A stretch of 64,000 nucleotides of DNA, taken from NCBI GenBank assembly GCA_963815115.1, contig CAWFFN010000009.1, positions 160,001 to 224,000 of the forward strand, given 5' to 3'. Under the pieces are notes generated by a model. It was given only the letters and a program-made list of their open reading frames with translations, did no database searches and had not been told where the DNA came from. The stretch comes from an uncultured delta proteobacterium (GTDB lineage Bacteria > Desulfobacterota > Binatia > DP-6). Numbering within the stretch: position 1 is the first letter of the stretch; every line of letters begins with the position of its first letter. Below, in pieces: positions 1 through 9,921 of the stretch. The translations under genes and the position numbers were made by a program.

Positions 1-704
1 GCGTGATCGCGCATGACGAGCTTGTAGCGACCGCCAAACCAGGGGACGATCTCCCGCACGTGGCGCAGGTTCACGAGGCTCGCCTTGTGGACCCGGAAGA
101 ACGACTCCGGGTCGAGGCGCTCCTCGAGATCGCGCAGCGTGTAGTTCGTCATGTGGGCGCGCTCGCCGGTGTGGGCGTAGACCAGCCGGTGCTCGACCCC
201 GAACCAGCGCACGTCCTCGACGGGGAGCAAGAGGATGCGCTTCCCGCTGTAGGCGGAGATGCGCGTGGCGTACGTCTTCCGGCTCTGCTCGAGCCGCTGC
301 AGAACCGCCTCGACGTCCAACCCCGGACCGCCCGTCGACAGGCGCGCGCGTACGCGACCGACCGCCTCCTCGACCCGGGCGCGGGCGAAGGGCTTCAGCA
401 GGTAGTCGAGGGCATGCACCTCGAAGGCGCGGATGGCGTACTCGTCGAAGGCGGTCGCGAAGACGATCTGCGGAGCGGGACCGCGCAGCGCCCGCAGCAC
501 CTCGAACCCGTCCATGCCGGGCATCTGCACGTCGAGGAAGACGAGGTCGGGCCGCTGCTCCTCGATCATCCGGACCGCTTCGACGCCGTCCTGGGCCTCT
601 CCCACCAGCTCCACGCCACCGAGCCGCGCGAGGAACGTTCTCAACCGATCGCGTGCGAGCTTCTCGTCGTCGACGACGAGCGTCCGGATGCCGCTGCTCG
701 TCAA
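1..704 (-). CDS. LytTR-family response regulator (3' end runs off window)
   Basis: Not in the ORF track; hand translation gives receiver motifs (TLVVDDEKLAR, VFLDVQMPGMDG, ATAFDEYA, DYLLKP) and a LytTR domain (TLRDLEERLDPESFFRVHKASLVN). TTG start overlaps the kinase TGA (TTGA at 701-704). Confidence 0.9.
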   Translation of the reverse strand, partial: MTSSGIRTLVVDDEKLARDRLRTFLARLGGVELVGEAQDGVEAVRMIEEQRPDLVFLDVQMPGMDGFEVLRALRGPAPQIVFATAFDEYAIRAFEVHALDYLLKPFARARVEEAVGRVRARLSTGGPGLDVEAVLQRLEQSRKTYATRISAYSGKRILLLPVEDVRWFGVEHRLVYAHTGERAHMTNYTLRDLEERLDPESFFRVHKASLVNLRHVREIVPWFGGRYKLVMRDH

Positions 705-1825
705 GCGGCCTCCTGCACCGGGAGCCGCAAGCGTACGACGGTGCCGCGTCCAGGGCTGCTCCGGATCTCGGGCAGGTGATCGGTGCCATAGAGGCGCTCG
801 AGCCGCGCCCGCAAGTTGCGCAGGCCGACGCCGCGCGCATAGACCTCCGCGAGCACCGGCTCCGCCATGCCGAGGCCGTCGTCGCCGACCGTCAGCGTGA
901 GGATATCGCCGTCCACTCGCGCGTCGATCGACACCGTGCCGACGCCGAGCTTGCGCGACAGCCCGTGCTTGACGGCGTTCTCCACCAGCGGCTGCAGGAT
1001 GAGGTTCGGGATGAGCTGGCGCAGGCTGCGCGGATCGACGCGGGTCTCCACGCGCAGGCGCTCGTCGAAGCGGGCGCGCTCGATGTCGAGATAGGCGCGC
1101 GTCATCTGGAGCTCCTCGGCGAGCGGCACGAACTCCTGCTCGGAGCGGTGGAGGATGTAGCGGAAGATCTCGGCGAGGCGCTCGACACAGGCCTCGGCCT
1201 TCTCGGGGTCGGCGTGGATGAGCTGGGCGATCGAGTTGAGGCTGTTGAAGAGGAAGTGCGGATTGATCTGCGCCCGCAGGGCGGCCAGCTGCGCGGTGGC
1301 GGCGAGCTCGCTGAGCTCCCGCTCGCGCGTCTGCAACGCCTGCACGTGGCGCCAGACCAGGTGGTAGCCGATCAGCGCCATCAGCCCCACCGGCACGATG
1401 GGAAGGAGCGCGTACAGACGCACGATGCCCTGGCGCATGGCGGGGGTGATCGTGAGGTGGACGTCGTCGCCGGTCGGCGTGCCGAACAATCCGATGCCGC
1501 TCCGACCGTGCCAGGTGGTCGCCCACACGACGACCGCGGACACGACGGCGAAGACGAGCGCCGCCACCACCGCCTGCCGCACCAGCTGACTGGCGAAGGA
1601 GCGGCCCCCGAGAGCCGGGAACACCCAGCGCCAGAGCGCATAGGTGACGCCTCCGAACACCGTGCTGGCCAGAGTGAAGACGATGGGTGCCGTCCACGAT
1701 TGCCAGAGAACCAGGTGCACCAGCCCGAGGTGCAGGCCGGTCGCGGCGCCCGTCCCGAGGACGAGCAGCACCATCCGGTTGCGACGGGTCGACTGCGGCA
1801 TGAGTAGGTCTGGCCGCGGAGGCAT
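701..1825 (-). CDS. LytS-type membrane sensor histidine kinase
   Basis: N-terminal TM helices, QLAALRAQINPHFLFNSLNSI H-box, LQPLVENAVKHG, DDGLG, GVGLRN. Start taken at MPPRPDLL within ORF 701..2431. Confidence 0.9.
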   Translation of the reverse strand: MPPRPDLLMPQSTRRNRMVLLVLGTGAATGLHLGLVHLVLWQSWTAPIVFTLASTVFGGVTYALWRWVFPALGGRSFASQLVRQAVVAALVFAVVSAVVVWATTWHGRSGIGLFGTPTGDDVHLTITPAMRQGIVRLYALLPIVPVGLMALIGYHLVWRHVQALQTRERELSELAATAQLAALRAQINPHFLFNSLNSIAQLIHADPEKAEACVERLAEIFRYILHRSEQEFVPLAEELQMTRAYLDIERARFDERLRVETRVDPRSLRQLIPNLILQPLVENAVKHGLSRKLGVGTVSIDARVDGDILTLTVGDDGLGMAEPVLAEVYARGVGLRNLRARLERLYGTDHLPEIRSSPGRGTVVRLRLPVQEAA

Positions 1826-1968
1826 CGGCGCGAAGCATAGCCCAGGCCCCCGCCCCCGCCTACACTGCCCCGCGTCGAAGCCCGGGGCGAGCGCGCCGGG
1901 GCGAACGGTCGGATAGGGGCGCCGAGGGGACCGCGCAGCCGTCCGGAGCGCCGCGCCCGGGTCGCCGC

Positions 1969-2730
1969 TCAGGTGGCGGCGACGCGCCCCGGAGGCTCCG
2001 CCGGCTCCCCGAGCTCGCGCTGGAAGAGCTCGTGGGTCTGTTCGGTGAGGTTCTCGACGGACGTTCCCGCGAAGCGCTCGTAGGGGATCTCCTGCAGCAC
2101 CCGGACGCGGATCGCATGTCGTCCTTGCAGCACGAATCCGCGCTTGGGAAGCGCATGCGACGTCCCTTCCACGAGGATGGGGAGGAGCGGCACGCGGGCG
2201 CCCAGCGCGAGCGTGAAGGCGCCGTGCTTGAAGGGCTTGAGCCGCCCATCGGCCGAACGAGTGCCCTCCGGGAAGATCATGACCGAGCTGCCTTCTTCGA
2301 GCGCACGCTCGGCGTCCCGCATCATCCGGGCGATGCTGTCGGGATTGCCGCGCCGGAGCCGGATGTAGCGATTCAGCGTCATGTTCCAGCCGATGCACGG
2401 GATACGAAAGAGCTCCGCTTTCGACACCCACTTGAAGTGCACGAAGAGACGGAAGAGGACGAGGATGTCGAGCAGCGACTGGTGGTTCGACACCATCACG
2501 TAGGTGACCCCGCGGCGCACGTGCTCGCGGCCGGCGATCGACACCCGCCAGGCCGGGTTGAGCCAGGTGTAGAGCGAGGCCCAGAAGCAGGTGAAGCGAT
2601 GCTGCGCGACCAGACGCCGGTCGAAGAGGACGGTCACGACCCAGAGGAGCAGGGCGATCGGGAACAGCAGCAGCGAGCTGACGACGATGAAGGCCCAGAA
2701 GAGGGCCGAGAGCACGCGCCGCAGGAACAC
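1969..2730 (-). CDS. plsC: 1-acyl-sn-glycerol-3-phosphate acyltransferase (PlsC family)
   Basis: NHQSLLD (HX4D) and FPEGTRS motifs, FKHGAF. GTG start at VFLRRVL. Confidence 0.85.
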   Translation of the reverse strand: MFLRRVLSALFWAFIVVSSLLLFPIALLLWVVTVLFDRRLVAQHRFTCFWASLYTWLNPAWRVSIAGREHVRRGVTYVMVSNHQSLLDILVLFRLFVHFKWVSKAELFRIPCIGWNMTLNRYIRLRRGNPDSIARMMRDAERALEEGSSVMIFPEGTRSADGRLKPFKHGAFTLALGARVPLLPILVEGTSHALPKRGFVLQGRHAIRVRVLQEIPYERFAGTSVENLTEQTHELFQRELGEPAEPPGRVAAT

Positions 2731-2797
2731 CGCGCGCCCTCTACCACTCCGCCGTGATCGCGTCGAGGTTGCTCGGCCGCCGCGACGCGCCGGGGCT

Positions 2798-3217
2798 CTA
2801 CGCCGCGGCCGGGCGAAAGACCGGCAGGCTGACCTCGGGCGACACGTCCTCGAAGGCCACCTCGACCGGCATGCCGATCTCGATCGCGCCCGGCTCGCGA
2901 TCGACGAGGCTCGAGAGCATGCGCGTGCCTTCCTCCAGCTCGACCACGACGACGGCGTAGGGCGCACGGGCCGCGAACCAGGGATGGTTCGCCTGGTGCA
3001 TGACCGCGATGCTGAAGACCCGGCCGCGGCCGCTCACGCGCTGCCACTCGACCCGGCGCGACAGGCAGCGGCTGCACACCTCGCGCGCGGGAAAGCGAAA
3101 CGCGCCGCAATCGACACAGCGCTGGGCGACCAGCTCGTGGCGGTGCGCCGCTTCCCAGAAGGGCGCCATCTCCGGCGTGATCGCCGGGATCGGCCGAGTG
3201 ACGGCCGGCTCGCTCAC
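2798..3217 (-). CDS. Zn-ribbon/OB-fold protein (DUF35, ChsH2-C-like)
   Basis: PFWEAA..QRCVDCG..FPAREVCSRC, PYAVVVVELEEG, IGMPVEVAF. GTG overlaps the thiolase stop. Confidence 0.9.
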   Translation of the reverse strand: MSEPAVTRPIPAITPEMAPFWEAAHRHELVAQRCVDCGAFRFPAREVCSRCLSRRVEWQRVSGRGRVFSIAVMHQANHPWFAARAPYAVVVVELEEGTRMLSSLVDREPGAIEIGMPVEVAFEDVSPEVSLPVFRPAAA

Positions 3218-4389
3218 GACGCCAGCCTCGACAGGACCAGCGTCGCGTGCGTCGAGAGGACCCCGCCGTTGCCCGATACCAGCGCGACGTCGTGCCGCAC
3301 CGCCTGCCGTGCGCCACCCTCGCCGCGCAGCTGCACCACCGCCTCCGAGATCGGGGTCATGCCCCACATGTAGAAGCTGGAGAGCTGCCCGCCGCCGGTG
3401 TTCAGCGCGAGCGTGCCTCCCGGGCCGGTATGATGCTCGGCGGCGAACGCGCCGCCCTCGCCCTTCTTGCAGAAGCCGTAGTCCTCGAGGGTCACCAGCA
3501 CGGTGAAGGTGTAGCAGTCGTAGAGCTCGACCACGTCGACGTCACGCAGCCCGATGCCGGCCATCGCGAAGGCCGGCTCCTTGGCCAGCACCGCGCCCGA
3601 GGTGAGGGTGTCGGCCGGGTCGCCCCCCAGGTGACCCTGGCCCATGCCCCAGACGTAGACCGGCGGCTTGCGCAACGAGCGGGCGCGCTCCGCGCTGGTG
3701 ACGATCACCGCGAGGCCGCCGTTCGAGACCAGGCAGCAGTCCATGATGTGGAAGGGCTCCACGATCCAGCGCGAGGCGCGGTAGTCGTCCAGGGTGAGCG
3801 GCCGGTCGTGCATCTGGGCGTCGGGGTTCAGGTTGGCCCAGCGGCGCTGCGCGACGGCGACGGCACCGAGCTGATCCTGGGTCGTGCCGTAGACGTGCAT
3901 GTGGCGGCGTGCGACCAGCGCATACATGGCGTTCACGCCGAAGAAGCCGTAGGCAGCCTCCCAGCCGCGCGCGAAGCCGTAGGCTGCGCCGCTCGAGGTG
4001 CGCGCGCCCTGCGGCGAGGGCGGCTTGAGCGGCGCGTCCGAGAACACGCACGCGACGGTGCTGCACAGGCCGGCGGCGATGGCCTGCGCCGCATGCTGGA
4101 TCATGGCGCATGCGGTGGCGCCGCCCAGGTTCATGGTGGCGGTGAGACGAAGATCGCGCAGGCCGAGCGCCTGGTTCAGCTGGAACGAGCCCATGCCCTG
4201 GTCGTTCCAGGTGAGGCCGGGGTTGAGCAGGAGGCCGTCCAGATCGCTGCGCGCGAGGCCGGCGTCGTCGAGGGCGAGACGCACGGCGTCGACGGCGAAC
4301 CCGATCGCGTTGGTGCCGTAGACCCTGCCTTGCGGCGTGATCCCGAGGCCGGCGATCGCGGCCGCTCCCCGCAGCGGATGCGTGCTCAC
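3214..4389 (-). CDS. Thiolase-fold protein, SCP-x/Ltp2-like
   Basis: AIAGLG, DCCLVSNGG, ELYDCYT, NTGGGQLS, EAVVQLRGEGG; coupled to the DUF35 gene. Confidence 0.88.
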   Translation of the reverse strand: MSTHPLRGAAAIAGLGITPQGRVYGTNAIGFAVDAVRLALDDAGLARSDLDGLLLNPGLTWNDQGMGSFQLNQALGLRDLRLTATMNLGGATACAMIQHAAQAIAAGLCSTVACVFSDAPLKPPSPQGARTSSGAAYGFARGWEAAYGFFGVNAMYALVARRHMHVYGTTQDQLGAVAVAQRRWANLNPDAQMHDRPLTLDDYRASRWIVEPFHIMDCCLVSNGGLAVIVTSAERARSLRKPPVYVWGMGQGHLGGDPADTLTSGAVLAKEPAFAMAGIGLRDVDVVELYDCYTFTVLVTLEDYGFCKKGEGGAFAAEHHTGPGGTLALNTGGGQLSSFYMWGMTPISEAVVQLRGEGGARQAVRHDVALVSGNGGVLSTHATLVLSRLAS

Positions 4390-4429
4390 CTAGTCACCGA
4401 CGGTCGTCCAGCCCTGCCGCCTAGACCGG

Positions 4430-4690
4430 TCAGCGCAGCAGGACGCGGAAGTGGCGCCGCAGCAGCATCGCCTGGTCCTGGACCGACGGGCTGCGCCGCG
4501 CGGTCATCAGGACCTCGAAGAGCTCTCGATCGCCCGCTTCCTTGTCCGCCGTCTCGTCGCGCAACGCGTCGAGGATCTCGTGGATGACTCGCGGAATCTC
4601 GCGCTGGGGGATCACCAGGTCCCCCCGGCCGAGCGTACCGGTCCAGTTGGAGGCGTAGGGACGCAGCACGTTCAAGATGCGTTCGGTCAT
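4430..4690 (-). CDS. Small hypothetical protein (86 aa)
   Basis: MTERILNVLRPY... with normal high-GC codon usage, filling the gap; no recognisable motif. Confidence 0.55.
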   Translation of the reverse strand: MTERILNVLRPYASNWTGTLGRGDLVIPQREIPRVIHEILDALRDETADKEAGDRELFEVLMTARRSPSVQDQAMLLRRHFRVLLR

Positions 4691-4824
4691 CGAGCGATCA
4701 CCGCGCATGCGATCCACCAGCGCGATTAAACCACGACGTGCGCTGGACGCAAGGAGCGGGTGCGGAGCGCCTCCTACCGCCGTCGTCTTGACAGCAGCGC
4801 GCGGGCGCTCGTACACGCCTCGAG

Positions 4825-6990
4825 GTGCGATCGGGCGCTTCCTCGGACAGAGCTGAGCCGGTGCTCCGGATCGCGGTGGCGGCGCTCGCCGGCATCCTGC
4901 TGGCGCCGCATCCCGCCGCTGGGGTGCAGCCGGCGAAGACGCGCGTTCAGGTCTCGCCCCGCATCGTGCGGCTGGTCGCGGGGCCGGTCGTGGCCGAGGT
5001 ACGCCGCTCGCCGCTCCGGCTGCGGCTGCTGGCGGGTGGGAAGACGCTCGTGCGCGAGCCGAGCGACGGGGGACTCTTCTACGAGCGCAACGGCACGGCG
5101 CACGGCCTCGGCGCCGTACGCGACGCGCGCCGGGTCGGCGACGGCGTGCAGCTCGACGTCGAGACCGACGAGGGCGGCAGCGCGACGGTCACCGTGCGCT
5201 TCCTCACCCGGCGGACTCTCGAGGTCGAGCTGGTGCCGCCCGACCCGGCGAGCGTGAACGCCGTCGGCGAGCGCCTGCGATCACCCGCCAACGAGCGCAT
5301 ATACGGCCTGACCGAGCGGCTGCGCGACTCGCCGGTGATCCAGGCGGGCGTGCTCGATTTCTCCCGCGACGACATCGCTCCGCCCGAGGTCGGCTCCCTC
5401 GATCGCCGCGGCGAGACCGTGGAGATGCGCATCATCCCCACGTTCTCGATCTACGCGCCGTTCTACCAGTCGTCGCTCGGCTACGGGCTGGCCGTCGGGG
5501 GGACCACCTTCGGGCTGTTCGATCTGGCGAAGCGCGATCCGCAGACGGTGCGCTTTCGCTTCGAGACGGCCAGCGCGCCGGAGTCCAGGCGGCTCGTGTT
5601 CCGGCTCTTCGCCGGTCCCGAGTACGCCACCATCCTCGACGAGTACACCAACCTGGTCGGCCGGCCCATCGTGCCACCGGACTGGGCGTTCCTGCACTGG
5701 CGCTGGCGCGGCGAGCTGCGCACCGGCGCGCCCGCGCTGCTCGACGGCGTGCCGGTGAACGCCGACCTGGCCGACGACGTGCTGATGTACGAGCAGCTCG
5801 GCATCCCGGCGGGCGTCTATCACTTCGATCGTCCCGTCCTGGTCGGCAACTTCGGCTTCGCGCGCTGGGAGTGGGACACCGCCCGCCTGCCCAACCCCGA
5901 CGCGATGCTGGCGTCGCTCGCGCGGCGTGGCTACCACACGACGATCTGGAGCGGAGCGTGGATGTGTGGCAGCACGCCCGGCGACGACGGCCTGGAGGCG
6001 CAGGCACTCGGCTACCTGGCTCCCGGCCCCGTCGGGCCACCCAACTGTGCCGACGCCGGTGGCACGAGCTTCATCATGGATGTGACCAATCCCGCCGCGC
6101 AGGCCTGGTGGCGCGACAAGGTGGCGGAGTTCGTGCGCCGCTACGGCATCCAGGGCATCAAGCTCGATCGTGGCGAGGAGCACATCCCGTCCGAGGCGAG
6201 CGACATCTGGGCCGACGGCCGGACCGGGCGCGAGGTGCGGAACGACTATCCGACGCTCCAGGCGCGCATCCACCACGACGCCCTCGCCAGCGTTTTCGGC
6301 GACGACTTCGTGCTCATCTCGCGGCCCGCGTACACCGGGACGCAGCACTGGTCGATCTTCTGGGGCGGAGACATCCCGGGCAGCGAGGCGTTCGGCTTCG
6401 GATCGGGGACCGACCTCGGCCTGCGCAGCGCCATCATCAGCCAGCAGCGCTCGGCCTTCCTGGGCGTCCCGATCTGGGGCTCGGACACGGGCGGCTACTA
6501 CCAGTTCAAGGATCGCGAGGTCTTCGCCCGCTGGATCGAGTTCAGCGCCTTCTCCGGCATCATGGAGATCGGCGGCACAGGAACGCACGCGCCCTGGGAC
6601 ATGCCGACCGAGCCCGGCTACGACACCGAGCTGATCGACATCTATCGCCGCTACACCACGCTGCGCGCCACGCTCCAGCCCTACATCGTGGCGGCGGCGC
6701 GTGAAGCTGCCACCGGCATGCCCGTCGTGCGGCCCATGCCGCTCGCCGACCGGCGCGACCGGAAGCTCGGCGATCTGTGGGACCAATATCTCTTCGGACC
6801 CGACCTGCTGGTCGCGCCGGTGTGGAAGACGGGCGAGCGCCAGCGCACCGTCTACCTGCCGCGCGGGAAGTGGCGGAACTACTGGGACCGCTCGAGGGCG
6901 CTGAAGGGGCGTCGCACCGTGACGGTGAGCGTTCCGCTCGACATGATCGCGGTGTTCGTCCGTGACGGCGCGGCGGTTCCGGGTCCGTAG
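4825..6990 (+). CDS. Secreted glycoside hydrolase family 31 (alpha-glucosidase/xylosidase-like)
   Basis: Signal-like N-terminus, KLDRGE nucleophile, WGGD acid/base, GSDTGGY, QYLFGPDLLVAPV, VYLPRGKW. Start may be GTG 4861. Confidence 0.88.
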   Translation: MRSGASSDRAEPVLRIAVAALAGILLAPHPAAGVQPAKTRVQVSPRIVRLVAGPVVAEVRRSPLRLRLLAGGKTLVREPSDGGLFYERNGTAHGLGAVRDARRVGDGVQLDVETDEGGSATVTVRFLTRRTLEVELVPPDPASVNAVGERLRSPANERIYGLTERLRDSPVIQAGVLDFSRDDIAPPEVGSLDRRGETVEMRIIPTFSIYAPFYQSSLGYGLAVGGTTFGLFDLAKRDPQTVRFRFETASAPESRRLVFRLFAGPEYATILDEYTNLVGRPIVPPDWAFLHWRWRGELRTGAPALLDGVPVNADLADDVLMYEQLGIPAGVYHFDRPVLVGNFGFARWEWDTARLPNPDAMLASLARRGYHTTIWSGAWMCGSTPGDDGLEAQALGYLAPGPVGPPNCADAGGTSFIMDVTNPAAQAWWRDKVAEFVRRYGIQGIKLDRGEEHIPSEASDIWADGRTGREVRNDYPTLQARIHHDALASVFGDDFVLISRPAYTGTQHWSIFWGGDIPGSEAFGFGSGTDLGLRSAIISQQRSAFLGVPIWGSDTGGYYQFKDREVFARWIEFSAFSGIMEIGGTGTHAPWDMPTEPGYDTELIDIYRRYTTLRATLQPYIVAAAREAATGMPVVRPMPLADRRDRKLGDLWDQYLFGPDLLVAPVWKTGERQRTVYLPRGKWRNYWDRSRALKGRRTVTVSVPLDMIAVFVRDGAAVPGP

Positions 6991-6995
6991 CGCCG

Positions 6996-7478
6996 CTAAC
7001 GCCGCCCGTCGAGGAGGGACTCGAGACATGCGGCGCTCTCTTCCTCGAGCTCCGCACAGCGCAGGAACTCCTCTCGCGTCGTCTCACTCTCCGCATGCTG
7101 GGCGAAGTATCTCCAGGTGGCTGCGCCCGCCCGCTCACCCCGCGCCTGGATGGTGAACTGCTCTTCGAGGGGACGGTCCGCGAAGATCGACCTGTTGATC
7201 TCCTCCAGATCGGGATTCTGCTCGAGGAGCTCGCGTCGCACCGAGTCTGCCTCGTCGTACAGTGACTCCACCCGCCGGGCGATCTCTTCCTCACGTTCCG
7301 CGCAGGCCAGGAGGTGAGGCGCGCGCGCATCGTCGCGCGTCTCCTTCGCCCAGATACGGTAGCGCTCGGCTGCCATGCGCTCGGCGATGGCGATGAACAG
7401 GGGACGGTGCGCTCGTGGAACTCGCTGGAGAACGCCGCCCAGGAGAGCGGCAAGATCCGGCGGGTCGACGGCGGTCAC
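6996..7478 (-). CDS. Hypothetical helical, Glu-rich protein (possibly ferritin-like)
   Basis: Repeated acidic helices (AEREEEIA, CAELEEESA); RBS-like AAAGGAGG upstream. Confidence 0.6.
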   Translation of the reverse strand: MTAVDPPDLAALLGGVLQRVPRAHRPLFIAIAERMAAERYRIWAKETRDDARAPHLLACAEREEEIARRVESLYDEADSVRRELLEQNPDLEEINRSIFADRPLEEQFTIQARGERAGAATWRYFAQHAESETTREEFLRCAELEEESAACLESLLDGRR

Positions 7479-7526
7479 GGGATACCCTCCTTTCGAGGCG
7501 ACGTCGCGACGATGGTGGGTGGACCC

Positions 7527-8870
7527 TCAGAGCAGCGAGCCGCGCAGGATCACGCTCGCCACCGTGAAGTAGATCACGATGCCGGTGACGTCGACCAGCG
7601 TGGCGACGAACGGCGCCGAGGCGCTGGCCGGGTCGAAGCCGAGTCGGCGCAGCAGCAACGGAAGCATCGAGCCCGCCATGGTGCCGAACATGACGACGCC
7701 GATCAGGCTGCCCGCCACCGTGCAGGCGATCAGGAAGTAGTGCTCGCCGTAGAGGTTGAAGAGGCACTGCCAGCTCAGGATGCGGACGAACCCGAGCGTG
7801 GCGAGGATGAGCCCGAGCGCGAGGCCGGCCATGAACTCGCGCCGGATGACGCGCCACCAGTCGCGCAGCTTGAGCTCGCCCGAGGGCGATCGCGCGCATC
7901 ACCAGCGTGGACGCCTGGGAGCCCGAGTTGCCGCCGCTGCTGATGATGAGCGGGCACGAAGAGGGCCAGGACCACGGCGCGGGCGATCTCCTTCTCGAAG
8001 ACCGCCATGGCGCTGGCGGTGAGCATCTCGCCCAGGAAGAGGACGGACAGCCAGCCGGCCCGCTTCTGCATCATGCGCCCCGAACCCGATGCTCAGATAG
8101 GGCGCGTCGAGGGCCTCCATGCCGCCGAGCTTCTGGATGTCCTCGGTCGCCTCCTCCTGCACGACGTCGACGATGTCGTCGACGGTGACGATGCCCTTCA
8201 CCCGGCCCTCCGCGTCGACCACGGGCATGGCCAGGAAGTTGTGCTCGGCGAACAGCTTGCTCACCGCTTCCTGGTCCATGTCTTCGGGAACCGTGACCAC
8301 CTTCGTGCTCATCACGTCGCGCACGCGCTTCTCGGGCGGCGCGGAGAAGAGATCGCGGAACGACACCACGCCGAGGAGGTGCTGCTCGGCGTCGAGGACG
8401 TAGACGTAGTAGACGGTCTCGCAGGCCGCTCGCGCGTCTGCCGGCGCAGGTAGCTGATCGCCTCGTCGACGCTCATGTCGGGGCGCAGCCGCGCGTAGCG
8501 CGGGTTCATCAGGCCGCCGGCCTCGTCCTCGGCGTAGGCGAGGAGCGCCACCACCTCCTTGCGGGTCGGCTCGTCGAGCAGCGCCAGCAGCGCCGTCGCG
8601 CTCCTCGGCGGCCGCCTCCTGGACCACGTCGGCCGCGTCGTCCGGCGGCAGGAAGCGCATCAACGAGCGGCGGGTGGCGGGAGGCGCGGCCAGCAGCATC
8701 TCGGCCTGGTCGTGCGCGTGCATGCCGAGAAAGAGCGTCTCGGTCTCGGCGTGCGTGAGGAGGGCGAGGCCTTCCAGCCGCTCGTCCGTCGACAGCACCG
8801 GCCAGGCCTCGCGCAGCTCGATTCCGGTGAGCCCGGCCTCGCCCGCTCGCTCCTCGGCGGGAGCCGACAT
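7527..8870 (-). CDS. mgtE: Magnesium transporter MgtE (about 5 frameshifts, probably sequencing errors)
   Basis: Fragments across frames: [84 protein letters not shown] upstream. Confidence 0.88.
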
Positions 8871-9069
8871 GACGCGCTGAACCTCCTCCTGCCCCCGGGG
8901 CCGGGGCGGACGGAGCCGCGTCCGTGCCAGGGGCGATCTACGCGATGTGAGGACGGCTTTGGCCGTCGCTTCCCATATCTCTCAAAGTTCCTAGCGCAAG
9001 TCCCCAGTCGCGTCCAGCCATGCGTCCCCGTTTGAACGCCCCGGCGGCCGGCGCTATTGCTTGCGGCAT

Positions 9070-9897
9070 ATGGCCACGATGATCACCTCCGAGTGCATCA
9101 ACTGCGGCGCCTGCGAGCCCGAGTGCCCGAACACCGCGATCTACCAGGGCGCCGTGGAATGGCAGGCACCGGACGGCGCGATGCACCCGGCGCTGTCGAG
9201 CGAGATCTTCTACATCGTGCCGGAGAAGTGCACCGAGTGCGTCGGATTCCACGATCACGAGGCGTGCGCGGCGGTCTGCCCGGTGGATTGCTGCGTCCCC
9301 AACCCGGACATCCCCGAGACCCACGAGGTGCTGCTGGCGCGCGCCCGCGAGCTCCACCCGGAGGAGACGATTCCCGACGATGCCCCGTCGCGCTTCACGA
9401 AGAGCGGCGCGGAAGCCGCTCTGCCGCCGCGGGCCCTCCGGCCGCTCCCGCTGCCGCGCCTCAGCCAAAGCCGGCGCCCGCGCCCGTCGCTCCTGCTGCG
9501 GGGGCGCCCGCCACCGAGGAGCTCCGCTCGGGTCTGGCCATTCCGCCGCCCGAGGAGTGGGAGGTGCCGATCCACTGCTTCCGCTGCCAGGGCGAGTACG
9601 CGGTTCCCTTCGTCAGCTATCGTGCGGGGACGGTGTTCCGCTGCCCGCACTGCCTCGGGTCCTTCGTCCCCACGCTGAGCATGGTGAGCGCCGTGGCGGA
9701 TACGCTGGAACGCTTCCACCAGGGCTGGAGCGAGGCCTTCCAGCGTTTTCACGACAAGAGGCAGCGCGAGCTGGCGCAGTTCGAGGAGCGGCAGCGCCAG
9801 GAGCTGGCGCGCTTCGAGCAGCAGCTGCACGACCGTCGCGACCCGCGAGAAGGCCGCCGGGGCACCCACCAAGCGCCGCGCCTTCTTCTCGTTCTGA
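9070..9897 (+). CDS. YfhL-type 2[4Fe-4S] ferredoxin with Pro/Ala linker, Zn-ribbon and coiled-coil C-terminus (2 apparent frameshifts)
   Basis: CINCGACEPECPN and CTECVG..CAAVCPVDCC. The next frame gives a PAAAP linker, CFRC..CPHC and an E/Q/R helix; a third frame ends KRRAFFSF* at 9897. Confidence 0.72.
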
Positions 9898-9921
9898 CGG
9901 GTCGCACGAGCGCCGGCGGCG

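Noticed and set aside
1826-1968. LytTR direct-repeat binding site upstream of the kinase
   Set aside because: TCGCCCCGG occurs twice on the minus strand but at about 15-nt spacing, not the roughly 21-22-nt period typical of LytTR sites, and chance matches are likely at this GC.
8871-9069. Mg2+ riboswitch (M-box) upstream of mgtE
   Set aside because: Only short hairpins (e.g. GACGGC-CAAA-GCCGTC) are visible; no M-box consensus recognised. An Rfam scan is needed.
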